Program-made: the position numbers and the translations under genes | Assembly: GCA_012036325.1 (NCBI GenBank) | Contig: JAAUPC010000001.1 | Span: 1 to 56,197 of the forward strand | DNA: 56,197 nucleotides | Direction: 5' to 3' | Source: Paracoccaceae bacterium | GTDB lineage: Bacteria > Pseudomonadota > Alphaproteobacteria > Rhodobacterales > Rhodobacteraceae | Part shown: positions 20,110 through 30,796 of the stretch, in pieces | Layout: every line of letters starts with the position of its first letter | Position numbering within the stretch: position 1 is the first letter of the stretch | Notes under the pieces: generated by a model | What the model was told of the DNA's origin: nothing | What the model saw: the letters and a program-made list of their open reading frames with translations, nothing else | Database searches by the model: none

Positions 20110-20706
20110 ATGCGCAAGACGTCAGATCTCCGCAAGGCTGAAATCGTGGCAACGATCCTTGCCTTGGCCGACCAGATCGGCCCGGACCGGGTGACGACAG
20201 GCGCCGTCGCCAACGAAGTCGGCGTGACGCAGGCTGCCCTGTTCAGGCATTTTCCAACAAAGGCTGCAATGTGGAGTGCCGTGGCCGACCAGGTGGCCGA
20301 AACGCTGACCCATGCCTGGAATGCGGCTGTGGCACAGAGTGAGCTGCCGGTTGACAGGATCAGGGCCCTTATCCGGGCGCAACTGGACCAGATCGCAGCA
20401 ACACCCGCGATGCCCATGCTGCTGTTTTCCCGCGAACTGAATGTCGAGAACGCGGCCTTGCGCACGGCATTCCACGGGCGGCTGACCGCTTTCCGTGGCC
20501 ATCTTATGCGCGAAGTCGAGCTGGGCCAGCAGTCCCATACCCTGCGCGATGACGTTGCAGCAGCGGATGTGGCGGTCTTGCTGACTTCCCTGGTGCAGGG
20601 GGTGGCGATCCGCTGGTCACTGGGCGCTCGCGACTTTGGCCTGCAGGCCGAAGGGCTGCGCCTTCTGGATGTCCAGCTGCACCTGCTTGGGGTGGAAGGA
20701 GGCTGA
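20110..20706 (+). CDS. TetR-family regulator
   Basis: HTH VGVTQAALFRHFPTK. Confidence 0.92.
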   Translation: MRKTSDLRKAEIVATILALADQIGPDRVTTGAVANEVGVTQAALFRHFPTKAAMWSAVADQVAETLTHAWNAAVAQSELPVDRIRALIRAQLDQIAATPAMPMLLFSRELNVENAALRTAFHGRLTAFRGHLMREVELGQQSHTLRDDVAAADVAVLLTSLVQGVAIRWSLGARDFGLQAEGLRLLDVQLHLLGVEGG

Positions 20707-20709
20707 CCG

Positions 20710-21810
20710 ATGCGGACCATCTGGATCATTGCGGTGGTGGCGGCCCTGAGCATCGGTGCAGGAGCGATGTACCTGACCGAGCGTCCGTTGACGGTGGCGG
20801 TCGTGCAGCCCGAAACCGATGTGGCCCTTCGCATCTACGGCCTCGGAACCGTCGAGGCGAGGGTACTGGCGCGCGTAGGGTTTGAGTCGAGCGGAACACT
20901 GATGTCGCTTACGGTCGATGCAGGTGACCGCGTGGCACAGGGGCAAGCGCTGGCCGCGCTGAATCAGGATGAGCAGGAGGCACGGCTCGCCCGTGCCCAG
21001 GCCGCCGTGGCGGCGAACGCTGCCAATCAGGCCAAGGCCGAAGCGGCTGTCCTCCGCGCCACGGCAATCCTGGCGCAGCGCGAGGCGGCCAACCGCCGGC
21101 AGGCCGAGTTGACCCGACAGGAGGCCGCATCCGTTCAGCGCGCGGAGGAGGCGCAGCGAGATGAAGACGTCGCTCGTGCTGACGTGAAAGTTGCCGAAGC
21201 GGAACTCGCCGTCATTCGCGCTCAAGGGCAGGATGCAGTCGCTGCCCTGCAACTTGAACAGACGCTGCTGGACCGTCACCGCTTGACCGCGCCCTTTGAT
21301 GCGCTGGTTGTGACACGCTTGGCCGAAACCGGGGCCGTGGTTCGGTCAGGCGATCCGATCTTTACCCTGATCGACCCCGATACGATTTGGATTCAGGCCT
21401 ACATTGACGAAGAACGCGCTGGTCAGCTGGCCCTTGGACAGCCCGGCACCATCCGTCTGCGGTCTCAGCCTGCCAGCGAATTCACGGGCACGATCACCCG
21501 CATCGGAGTGGAAAGCGACCGGGTGAATGAGGAACGCCGCGTCTGGCTGACCTGCTCGGATTGCCCGCAGCAAATGTTTCTGGGCGAACAAGCCGAGGTG
21601 CGCATCCTGACTGCCACACGCGCCACGGCCCTGATGGTACCTGAAGTGGCGATTATCGGCTTCGACGGGTATCGCGGCACGGTCTGGATCGTCCAGGACG
21701 GTAGGCTTTCGCGCGCCGACCTGACATTCGGCGCGCGTGACGACCGGGGCCGGGTGGAAGTGACGGGCGGGTTGCCCGATGCTGCGCAGGTCGTGGCCGT
21801 CCCGCTGTAA
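20710..21810 (+). CDS. Efflux periplasmic adaptor (HlyD/MacA-like)
   Basis: N-terminal TM, lipoyl halves (VDAGDRV, LTAPFDA), coiled coil. The frame continues past TAA 21808 to a TGA at 21853-21855 that overlaps the next ATG. Confidence 0.88.
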   Translation: MRTIWIIAVVAALSIGAGAMYLTERPLTVAVVQPETDVALRIYGLGTVEARVLARVGFESSGTLMSLTVDAGDRVAQGQALAALNQDEQEARLARAQAAVAANAANQAKAEAAVLRATAILAQREAANRRQAELTRQEAASVQRAEEAQRDEDVARADVKVAEAELAVIRAQGQDAVAALQLEQTLLDRHRLTAPFDALVVTRLAETGAVVRSGDPIFTLIDPDTIWIQAYIDEERAGQLALGQPGTIRLRSQPASEFTGTITRIGVESDRVNEERRVWLTCSDCPQQMFLGEQAEVRILTATRATALMVPEVAIIGFDGYRGTVWIVQDGRLSRADLTFGARDDRGRVEVTGGLPDAAQVVAVPL

Positions 21811-21851
21811 GGCTTGGATGAAGGTCGGCTTGCCCGCATCGGAGCTGCGCC

Positions 21852-22985
21852 ATGAACCTTGCCATAAAGGATATCCGCCACGGCCTCTTCCGCTTTGTCC
21901 TGACCTGTTTAGGACTTGGGCTTCTAATGACGGTCGTGCTGGCGATGATCGGCATCTACAACGGCCTTGTCGCCGATGCCTTGGCCGTCGTGAAGGCCCC
22001 TGCCGCTGATGTCTGGGTGGTCGAGGCTGGCACACAAGGCCCCTTTTCCGAAGCGTCAAGCATCCCGGCCACGACCCGGGACGCCGTGGCCCGCATGCCC
22101 GGAGTGGCCGAGGCCGGGGCCATCACCTACCAAACGATCGAGGCCAGCCATGCCGGCAGGACCTTGCGGCTCTATGTCATTGGCTTCGAATCCGGTCGTC
22201 CCGGCGGACCGCAGCGCATTACCGAAGGGCGGGGGCTGGGCAGAAGCCACTTTGAGCTGCTGGCAGAACGCAAGACCGGTCTGGCGCCCGGAGAGACTAT
22301 CCGTCTGGGACGCGACCGCTTTACCGTCGTGGGATTGGTCGAGGATGCGATGAACTCAGGTGGCGATCCGGCGGTCTATGTGACTTTGGCTGATGCCTTG
22401 ACGTTGCAGACGGAGATGGACCCGGCCGCTGTCCGGGTGCAGGCGGCCCGGGGCGATGGCGGCCTGCGCCCACCGACGGTGGCCGCCGTTGTTGCCCCGC
22501 TGCAGCCCGGTGCCGATGTGGCGCTTCTGACCGCGACGGTTCGGCAATGGAAACATCTTTCCGCTCTCAGCCAAAGTGAACAGGAGCAGCTTCTGCTTGC
22601 CTCGGTGGTGGACCGGGCGCGGCGCCAGATCGGTCTGTTCCTGGGGATCCTGCTGTCTGTCAGCGCCGTGGTGATCGCGCTCATCATCTACACCATGACC
22701 ATGGAGAAGCTGAAGCAGATCGCTACCCTAAAGCTGATCGGCGCCCCGGATCGAACCATCGTGGGCTTGATCGTGCAACAGGCGCTGATCCTTGGCATCT
22801 CTGGCCTCGGAATCGGGCTGGCCCTGATTCTTCTGGTCAAGGACAGCTTTCCTCGCCGCGTTGTGCTTGAGCCGTTCAACGCGCTGGTGCTGACCGGCAT
22901 CATCCTGATGGTCTGTCTTGTTGCCTCGGGTCTTGGCGTCCGCGCAGCGCTGAAGGTTGACCCAGCCACAGCGCTCGGGGGCTGA
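21852..22985 (+). CDS. MacB/FtsX-type ABC permease
   Basis: TM1, periplasmic domain, then three TMs; IATLKLIGA motif. Confidence 0.9.
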   Translation: MNLAIKDIRHGLFRFVLTCLGLGLLMTVVLAMIGIYNGLVADALAVVKAPAADVWVVEAGTQGPFSEASSIPATTRDAVARMPGVAEAGAITYQTIEASHAGRTLRLYVIGFESGRPGGPQRITEGRGLGRSHFELLAERKTGLAPGETIRLGRDRFTVVGLVEDAMNSGGDPAVYVTLADALTLQTEMDPAAVRVQAARGDGGLRPPTVAAVVAPLQPGADVALLTATVRQWKHLSALSQSEQEQLLLASVVDRARRQIGLFLGILLSVSAVVIALIIYTMTMEKLKQIATLKLIGAPDRTIVGLIVQQALILGISGLGIGLALILLVKDSFPRRVVLEPFNALVLTGIILMVCLVASGLGVRAALKVDPATALGG

Positions 22986-22988
22986 CCC

Positions 22989-23681
22989 ATGGCGCCGGGC
23001 GACATTCTGGTCGATGTGCGGGGCGTCGCCAAGCATTATGGCGAAGGCGAAGCCCGTGTCGATGCCTTGCGGTCCGTGGATCTGCGGGTGCATGTCGGCG
23101 AAGTCATCGCGCTGCTGGGCCCGTCCGGTTCGGGCAAGACGACGCTGCTGAACGTGATCGGTTGCATTCTTGCCCCGACCGCGGGTCGGGTCGAACTGGA
23201 TGGCGATGCGGTGTTCGACGGCAAATGGCTCCGCAGCGATCTGCGACGGCTGCGCCTGGACAAGATCGGCTTTATCTTTCAGGCGCACAACCTGTTGCCC
23301 TTCCTGACCGCCGAAGAGAACGTCTCGGTCGTGCTGGACCTTGCGGGCTGGCCTGCCGAAAGAGGCCGCGAACGGGCACGCGAACTGCTTGATTACCTTG
23401 AAGTCGGACATCGGGCCAAGGTGAAGCCGGCCCTGCTTTCCGGGGGCGAAGCGCAACGCGTCGCCATTGCTCGCGCGCTGGCGAACCGCCCCCGGATCAT
23501 CCTGGCCGATGAACCCACGGCTGCGTTGGGCAGTGGTCGGGCGCAGCTTGTGATGGACCTTCTGCGAAAGCTCGCCAGCGACCAGAAGGCCTGCATCATC
23601 GCCGTGACGCATGATGAAAAGATCTTCGACCGTTTCGACCGCCTGATCCACCTGCGCGATGGTCGTCTCGTGGACAGCTGA
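22989..23681 (+). CDS. ABC ATPase (LolD/MacB-like)
   Basis: GPSGSGKT, LSGGEAQRV, ILADEPT and VTHD motifs. Confidence 0.93.
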   Translation: MAPGDILVDVRGVAKHYGEGEARVDALRSVDLRVHVGEVIALLGPSGSGKTTLLNVIGCILAPTAGRVELDGDAVFDGKWLRSDLRRLRLDKIGFIFQAHNLLPFLTAEENVSVVLDLAGWPAERGRERARELLDYLEVGHRAKVKPALLSGGEAQRVAIARALANRPRIILADEPTAALGSGRAQLVMDLLRKLASDQKACIIAVTHDEKIFDRFDRLIHLRDGRLVDS

Positions 23682-23696
23682 ACCAAGGAGAAGGCC

Positions 23697-24077
23697 ATGC
23701 CCGCCCGCAGAAAGCCCCTGACGGCCGTCGCCGTTGTCGCAATCGTCTTCGGTCTCCTGACCATCGTTTCTGGAGGCCGCGCCCTTTTTGGTGGCGCCGA
23801 CATGGGGGCCGTCGTCCCGTTTGTTCTGTGGTTCAACTTCCTAGCAGGGTTTGCCTACATCATCGCGGGTCTGGGGTTTTGGTATAGGACTGGCTGGGCA
23901 CCCGGCCTTGCCATCGCCATCACTCTCGCGACCGGAGCGATCTTTGCGATGTTTCTCTTGGAGGTCTGGCGCGGGACTGCATACGAGGCGCGGACGATGG
24001 GTGCGATGGCGCTGCGCCTTGCGATCTGGGTGGTGATCAGCGTCGTGGCGGCAAGGGAAAAGTCCAGTCGCGCATGA
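23697..24077 (+). CDS. Small four-TM hypothetical membrane protein
   Basis: RBS AAGGAG; hydrophobic; VPFVLWFNFLAGFAY. Confidence 0.75.
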   Translation: MPARRKPLTAVAVVAIVFGLLTIVSGGRALFGGADMGAVVPFVLWFNFLAGFAYIIAGLGFWYRTGWAPGLAIAITLATGAIFAMFLLEVWRGTAYEARTMGAMALRLAIWVVISVVAAREKSSRA

Positions 24078-24122
24078 CGGAAGGCAATCCTTTCAGAGGG
24101 CACCATGGGGCCTTCCGCGATA

Positions 24123-25066
<944 letters not shown>

Positions 25067-25130
25067 ACCCTAGTCGTACGTTCGATCTGGCGCAATCAGC
25101 GCGGCACTCCCGACGAAGACAAACGCAAAA

Positions 25131-25985
25131 TCATTCTGCGGAATCCTTCAGCCCGGAATTTGGATCGAGGGCGTAGCCGCTCGCTGGTCCACGGAGGGGC
25201 TGAACCAGCATCTGGTCGAGCCACAAATCACGCTGAGTACGAAACTGTTCGATACCGATTTCCATCCCTTTGTGCCCCTTGGCCGGCTGTGCGATGTAGG
25301 TCCCGAGCAGCCGGTCCCACCACGGCAGGTTAAAGCCGTAGTTCGAGTTGGTCTCGCGCGGGTCAGTGGAATGGTGGACGCGGTGCATGTCCGGCGTCAC
25401 GACGAACAGGCGCAGCACACAGTCCACCGGGCGTGGCAGGTCGATGTTGGCGTGGTTGAACAGCGCTGTGGCGTTCAGGACCACCTCGAAGAGCAGCACC
25501 ACGACGGCGGGCGGGCCGAGCGCCGCGACCACCGCCAGCTTGATGCCCATCGAGATCAGGATCTCGACAGGATGGAACCGCAGGCCGGTTGTGGCATCGA
25601 AATCGAGATCGGCGTGGTGCATCCGGTGCAGCCGCCAGAGCCCCGGCACCGCATGGAACATGACATGCTGCAGGTAGATCGCCAGATCGAGCAGCAGCAT
25701 CGAAACGATGATCGCGACCCAGACCGGCACATCGAGATTGTTGAACAGGCCCCAACCGCGGTCCTCGGCCATGACGGCCAGCCCGACAGCGAGGATCGGA
25801 AAGGTTAGCCGCAGGATGACCGTGTCGACCACCACCAGAGCAAGGTTGTTGGTCCAGCGGATCACCCGCGGGATCTCCCGTCTGCGCCGGGGGGCTGCCA
25901 CTTCCCAAAGCGCCATTGCCGCCAGAACACCCAGAAAGATGGCAAGACGGATGGTCGCCTCGGTGGCAAAGATGGTCTCGGACAT
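25131..25985 (-). CDS. Sterol desaturase/fatty acid hydroxylase family protein
   Basis: His boxes YLQHVMFH, HRMHH, FNHAN and HRVHH; start placed at MSETI. Confidence 0.9.
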   Translation of the reverse strand: MSETIFATEATIRLAIFLGVLAAMALWEVAAPRRRREIPRVIRWTNNLALVVVDTVILRLTFPILAVGLAVMAEDRGWGLFNNLDVPVWVAIIVSMLLLDLAIYLQHVMFHAVPGLWRLHRMHHADLDFDATTGLRFHPVEILISMGIKLAVVAALGPPAVVVLLFEVVLNATALFNHANIDLPRPVDCVLRLFVVTPDMHRVHHSTDPRETNSNYGFNLPWWDRLLGTYIAQPAKGHKGMEIGIEQFRTQRDLWLDQMLVQPLRGPASGYALDPNSGLKDSAE

Positions 25986-26027
25986 GGATCGCTCGCCTTT
26001 GGCCTTGTGGGGCGCGATGGAATCGCT

Positions 26028-26053
26028 ATCATTCAAGGCATCGCTTGAATGAT
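26028..26053. promoter_or_regulatory. ArsR-family operator candidate
   Basis: Perfect inverted repeat ATCATTCAAG-N6-CTTGAATGAT between divergent genes. Confidence 0.75.
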
Positions 26054-26073
26054 CTAGCGCCAGGAGACAGGCC

Positions 26074-26739
26074 TTGTCAATCAGCCCGAAGCTGGCCCTG
26101 CTGGAGGAATACGCCCTTGCAGCGCGCGCCTTGTCGGCACCGGCGCGTCTGATGCTGCTGGAACAACTGGCGCAAGGAGAGCGTGGCGTGGAGGCGCTGG
26201 CGGAAAAGACGGGCCTGACCATCGCCAACTGCTCGCAGCACCTGCAACAGTTGCGCCGGGCCGCGCTCGTCACCAGCCGCCGCGATGGCAAGGCGGTGAT
26301 CTACCGACTCACCGACGCAAAGACTCTGGAACTCATGGACCTTTTGCGCATCGTGGCCGAACGTAACCTGGCACAAGTCGAGCACATCCTGCGGGGCCTC
26401 TCGGGCGGCTATGACCCGCTCGAACCGGTCAGTCGCGCGGTCCTCGCCGCACGGCTCGCGGAAGGCTCTGTCACTGTTCTCGATGTCCGGCCCTCCGACG
26501 AATACGCTGCGGGCCACATCCCCGGTGCGCGGAACGCCACCTTGGCGCAGTTGGAGCAAATCCTCCCAACGCTTGCGCATGACGCCGAGATTGTCGCCTA
26601 TTGCCGCGGCCCTTACTGCGTCTATGCCCATCAGGCCGTCGCCACTTTGCGCCGCCACGGTCTAAACGCGCGGCGACTGGAAGGTGGTTTGCCTGAATGG
26701 CGTGAGGATGGAAGACCAGTGCTCATCGACGTAGGCTGA
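26074..26739 (+). CDS. ArsR-HTH/rhodanese fusion regulator
   Basis: ANCSQHLQQLR HTH; LDVRP.DEY..GHIPGA; YCRGPYC active loop. Confidence 0.9.
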   Translation: MSISPKLALLEEYALAARALSAPARLMLLEQLAQGERGVEALAEKTGLTIANCSQHLQQLRRAALVTSRRDGKAVIYRLTDAKTLELMDLLRIVAERNLAQVEHILRGLSGGYDPLEPVSRAVLAARLAEGSVTVLDVRPSDEYAAGHIPGARNATLAQLEQILPTLAHDAEIVAYCRGPYCVYAHQAVATLRRHGLNARRLEGGLPEWREDGRPVLIDVG

Positions 26740-26860
26740 GCGTCGCTGAGCTCAATAGGACGGCGCCCGGTTTCGAAAGGACAGGACTTCGCTCATTGCG
26801 CGCCATCTTCGCTGACGATCCAATCATATTGCCCGATGGCTGACACCTGATACGGCGACC

Positions 26861-27928
26861 CTAGTTCGTCGCGCGCCACATCCGGTATCGCCCCTGGCCT
26901 GTCATCTCGCGGATCAGACCCCGCGCTTCCATCCAGGCAAGGTTCCGCTGCACGGCCGCTCGACTGGCGCCGGTCATGGTCTCGGCCATGGGGGCCGAGA
27001 CGAGGGGCCTTTCGGTCAGTACGGCGCGCAGCGCCCGCGGTGTCTTACCCGAGAGCGGTGACATCTCGATTTCTGCCCGCGCTGACCATGCTTCGATATC
27101 GTCAAGGTGCCGCATCGCTGTCAGGTTTGCTGTTTCCATCCCGTCGAGCCAGCGCGCCAGACGGACAGTTTGTGAGCCACCTGCGCGCAGGCCCCCTGCC
27201 CCGCCCATCGCCAGCGGCGTAAAGACTGCGCCCCTCCCTTCGCTGGCAGAGATGCGTGCGGCGGTCACCGCCGCTTCCATCCGGTCACTGTGCTGCCCGA
27301 GTCCTGCTAGGTTCCAAAGGTGGAAGCCCATGCAGGCGCGGGTGATCGGGTGCAGATCGTCCGCTTGCGCCATAAGGTCCAGCCACCCCTCGGCTCGATC
27401 GGAGAATGGTTCTGCCAGATCATCCATGTGCTCGGGGTCACGGCGATCCAGGAAGGCAGACAGGTCGACGTCTGGCCCCGGCCCACCCGTCAGGCGCCGC
27501 ACCGCCCACCCGAGCCGCGCCAGCGCTGCTGTGTCGTCTTGGACTCCCGAAAGGCGCATGGAGATCCACAGTGCCAACCTATCCGGCGCGACTCGATCCC
27601 CGGCGAACCAACTCAGGTCGGCTGCCTCGATCAGGGCCAGCCTGTGCCGCCACCCCTCTGGTCCGCGCTTTAGCCGTTCATCCAGCGCTCCAAGCCGACC
27701 CGCGACGCGGGCGAGGCGCGCGGCATGCCCCGCCTCGGCCTTCCGCCAGTCGTCGAGAACCGCCATCTCGCGGGGCTCCGCCCGTGGTCCAGGCGGCAGA
27801 TCGTCGGTTTCCTCTTCAATCGGACCGGGCAGGAACCACAGATCGTCGTCTGACGTCTCATCGACCTCTCCAACGGCAATGGGAGGTACCACGAAATCAT
27901 CATACAAGACGGATGCTTGAGGTTTCAT
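26861..27928 (-). CDS. Plasmid-backbone Fic-like/DUF1612-type protein with C-terminal HTH
   Basis: N-terminal LARVAGRLGALDERL; C-terminal wHTH ending GLIREMTGQGRYRMW. Confidence 0.65.
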   Translation of the reverse strand: MKPQASVLYDDFVVPPIAVGEVDETSDDDLWFLPGPIEEETDDLPPGPRAEPREMAVLDDWRKAEAGHAARLARVAGRLGALDERLKRGPEGWRHRLALIEAADLSWFAGDRVAPDRLALWISMRLSGVQDDTAALARLGWAVRRLTGGPGPDVDLSAFLDRRDPEHMDDLAEPFSDRAEGWLDLMAQADDLHPITRACMGFHLWNLAGLGQHSDRMEAAVTAARISASEGRGAVFTPLAMGGAGGLRAGGSQTVRLARWLDGMETANLTAMRHLDDIEAWSARAEIEMSPLSGKTPRALRAVLTERPLVSAPMAETMTGASRAAVQRNLAWMEARGLIREMTGQGRYRMWRATN

Positions 27929-27930
27929 AT

Positions 27931-27954
27931 GTGCAAAATACGTGCATTTTGCAC
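27931..27954. repeat. 24-bp palindrome, copy 1
   Basis: GTGCAAAAT-ACGTGC-ATTTTGCAC, immediately upstream of the HTH gene start. Confidence 0.7.
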
Positions 27955-28192
27955 TTTACCAAAGGGTTTTGTTGGGGGGCCTCGACACAGTTGTATATAG
28001 CATTCGCGCACGGTGGCCTTCGAGACCTCTCTGACCGTGGTCAGCCTCAGGAAACCAAGGGCTTTCCGATGAACAGCACCGCAAAGAGCGCCATTGCATC
28101 CGTTTACAAACGGTGGTTTTTTGGCAGGCGCAATTGAACGAAATAATTGAATTTTTTCTGTAGTTTACACTTCGTCGTGCTTGCTCTGATGG

Positions 28193-28906
28193 CTATTCTT
28201 CTTTGTAATCCAGTAGGTTCTTGGGCGCTTGCGTCGGCTCCAGCCGATAGCCGTAGTTGCGGATCGTAGAGATCATTTCTGCTGCGCCGGGCATTTTGCG
28301 GCGAATGCGGCTAACGGTGACATCTACGACATTCGTTAGCGGATCCGCCTCAAGCCCCCAGACCGCGTTCAGCAACCGCTCACGCGCGCAAACCCGGCCC
28401 ACGTTGCGCATCAACAGAACCATCACATCACGCTCTTTGGTGGACAGATCAACCTCGATCCCGTCCAGCATCAGTCGCATAGAGGCGGCATCAAAGCTGA
28501 GTGGACCAACCCGCAAGGCGCGGTCCGTCTCAGGCGTGATGCTGCGGGTCATGCGGCGGTGAAGCGACTCGATCCGGGCAATCAACTCGTCAAAATCAAA
28601 GGGCTTGGGCAGGTAATCATCCGCGCCATGGCGCAGACCACTGACCCGGTCTTCCGTCGATCCAAACGCGCTGAGCATCAAGATCGGCACGTCGTTGCGG
28701 CTGCACCGCAGATGGCGGCAAAGCTCTTCTCCGGACATGCCCGGCAGCATCATGTCAAGGAGCACAACGTCATAGGTGGCATCTCGCAACAGGATCAACG
28801 CATCCTCAGCGGTGGCGGCATGGTCGATGATCCAGCCTTCTGCACGCAGGCCGCGCCTGACGAAATCGGCCACGCGAGGTTCATCCTCGACCATAAGGAT
28901 ATACAT
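28193..28906 (-). CDS. OmpR/PhoB-family response regulator
   Basis: VEDE, LLDMMLPG, GADDYLPKPF and wHTH NVVDVTVSRIR. Confidence 0.95.
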   Translation of the reverse strand: MYILMVEDEPRVADFVRRGLRAEGWIIDHAATAEDALILLRDATYDVVLLDMMLPGMSGEELCRHLRCSRNDVPILMLSAFGSTEDRVSGLRHGADDYLPKPFDFDELIARIESLHRRMTRSITPETDRALRVGPLSFDAASMRLMLDGIEVDLSTKERDVMVLLMRNVGRVCARERLLNAVWGLEADPLTNVVDVTVSRIRRKMPGAAEMISTIRNYGYRLEPTQAPKNLLDYKEE

Positions 28907-28961
28907 CGTTCACAGGTCCCTGCCTGCCGATCTGAAGGTGCCAAGGTCTGGCATGTGCCCT

Positions 28962-28990
28962 GCGTCATCAGCGTGTCATCGTTATGTTAC
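28962..28990 (+). promoter_or_regulatory. Pho-box-like tandem repeat upstream of the response regulator
   Basis: GCGTCAT-CAGC-GTGTCAT-CGTT-ATGTTAC, 11-nt period. Confidence 0.5.
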
Positions 28991-29021
28991 AAACGGGCGA
29001 CAACAGCTATTATTCCAAAGA

Positions 29022-30599
29022 TTATTTGGCCTTTCGAAACGAATTCGGGTCGTTACTGGCCGGCACGCTGCGAAGGGCGGCGGCAAATTTCAGGCGCACC
29101 ACAAGCCCGCCGCCCTCACGGTCTGACAATTCGACACTGCCTTGATGGGCCGACATGATCGACCGCACGATGGGCAGCCCCAGACCTGTGCCTTCGACAC
29201 CAGTGCTTTGCGCACCGGACCCCCGGAAGAACCGCACAAAGGCCTGATCCTTCTCGGCATCGCTCATGCCTGGGCCATCATCCTCGACCAGAATGGACAG
29301 GCCATCGTCGTCCCGTTCGACCCAGGCACGCACGTTCCGCCCACCATAGCGCAGCGCGTTGTTCATTACGGCCAACAGGCATTGCCGCAGCCGGACAGGG
29401 TCGACCCGCATAGGGGCAGGCTTGCCCAGGCGCAGCACCTCGACTTTTGCCTGCGCCATATCTGCGGCCTCAGCCAAGGAGGCTTCCAGATCAACATTGC
29501 GCAGATCCAGCCGCAATTGACCCGCCTCTTCGCGGGCCACCAAGAGCAAGTCCTCGACAATCCGGTTGGAATGGCGCGCTGCATCGCGGATGCGCGAAAA
29601 GCTTTCCGAGCACTGATCCGCATCCGTCAGACCAGTGCGCAGGGCGATGTCAGCCTCTCCCTGAATGATCGTCAGCGGCGTGCGCAACTCATGGCTGACA
29701 TCGGCCATCATCTGACGGCGGCTGCCCTCGACCTGCTCAAACCGCGTCAGGATGGACTGGAGTTCTGACGTGCGCTCGGCAACGCGGGTTTCCTGCTTGC
29801 GGGCCTGATCACGCAGATCGCGTTCCCGCGCACCGATCCCGGCAGCCATGTTCGAAAGCGTGATTGCAAGCTGGCGCAATTCAAAGGTACCGCTGATGGG
29901 GATGGGTGTTGCGTAGTCCCCGCGACCGTAGGCGTCGGTCCCTGTGACCAGATCGGCCAGCGGCCGCGCCACTTTACGGCGATAGGCTATGGCAACGACC
30001 ACTGTGGTCAGCACCATCACGGCCAGCACGATGACGGCCAGCCGTGACACCCGGGCACGAAACGCTACCGCCTCGGCAGTAGTCTCGGCCACTTCTTCGA
30101 TCTCGCCAGCCAACGCCACCTCGATCAGGTCCGACAAGGTGCCGTCGATATCGCGGTCCAGAAGCAGAGCAAGATCCTGCTGCGGTGCCAAACCGTCAGT
30201 TGGGATCAATCGGCCATAGCGACCGACCACATCAGAAATTGTCCTTTCCAACGCAGACAGAAGCTGCAACTCTTCAAGCTCTTCCTCGCCATCGATTTCG
30301 ATTTCCCGCGCGATGATCCGCTGAATTTCGGCTATGTTTGCAGCAATCTGCGCTTTGATTTCGGTTTCCAGCGCCGAGCGATCACGATCCCCGATCAGTA
30401 GGGCGTCAGCCTTTTCCTTGAACAATCGGTAGAGATTGGATTGCAGCGCCTGATATTCGGAATAAGACGCACGGGCCAGCGCAATGCGGCTTTCCAGCTG
30501 TTCCGACTTGACGACCACCCAGAAGGTCAAACCAGCCCCCGCGATGGCACTGACAAGCAGCACCATAGCGAACAAGGACAGAAGGGCTGACAAGCGCAT
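29022..30599 (-). CDS. Membrane sensor histidine kinase (HAMP-HisKA-HATPase)
   Basis: Two TMs, SHELRTPL, NALRY, DDGPG and GTGLGL. ATG 30599 is preferred over TTG 30671 because of the Pho-box position. Confidence 0.93.
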   Translation of the reverse strand: MRLSALLSLFAMVLLVSAIAGAGLTFWVVVKSEQLESRIALARASYSEYQALQSNLYRLFKEKADALLIGDRDRSALETEIKAQIAANIAEIQRIIAREIEIDGEEELEELQLLSALERTISDVVGRYGRLIPTDGLAPQQDLALLLDRDIDGTLSDLIEVALAGEIEEVAETTAEAVAFRARVSRLAVIVLAVMVLTTVVVAIAYRRKVARPLADLVTGTDAYGRGDYATPIPISGTFELRQLAITLSNMAAGIGARERDLRDQARKQETRVAERTSELQSILTRFEQVEGSRRQMMADVSHELRTPLTIIQGEADIALRTGLTDADQCSESFSRIRDAARHSNRIVEDLLLVAREEAGQLRLDLRNVDLEASLAEAADMAQAKVEVLRLGKPAPMRVDPVRLRQCLLAVMNNALRYGGRNVRAWVERDDDGLSILVEDDGPGMSDAEKDQAFVRFFRGSGAQSTGVEGTGLGLPIVRSIMSAHQGSVELSDREGGGLVVRLKFAAALRSVPASNDPNSFRKAK

Positions 30600-30685
30600 G
30601 CGCGGTGTCCTTGCCGCGTTTGGGGTTGTATCAGGTGTTGAAAACGTCTCGGTCGCCAAGGCTTTCTCCAAAGTTTCACGTTTTG

Positions 30686-30703
30686 ATGACGTCTATGTGA
30701 CAG
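30686..30703 (-). promoter_or_regulatory. Pho-box-like site upstream of the kinase
   Basis: Minus strand CTGTCAC-ATAG-ACGTCAT. Confidence 0.55.
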
Positions 30704-30728
30704 GCTGCGGTCACACCGCGTGGGTGAC

Positions 30729-30769
30729 AAGCAAAATGGCCGGCCGCAAACACTCTTGCTACCGGCCAT
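30729..30769 (-). terminator. Intrinsic terminator after pit
   Basis: ATGGCCGG...CCGGCCAT stem followed by TTTGCTT on the minus strand. Confidence 0.55.
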
Positions 30770-30796
30770 CCGCGCCCTTTGACCGGCCCGATCGTC

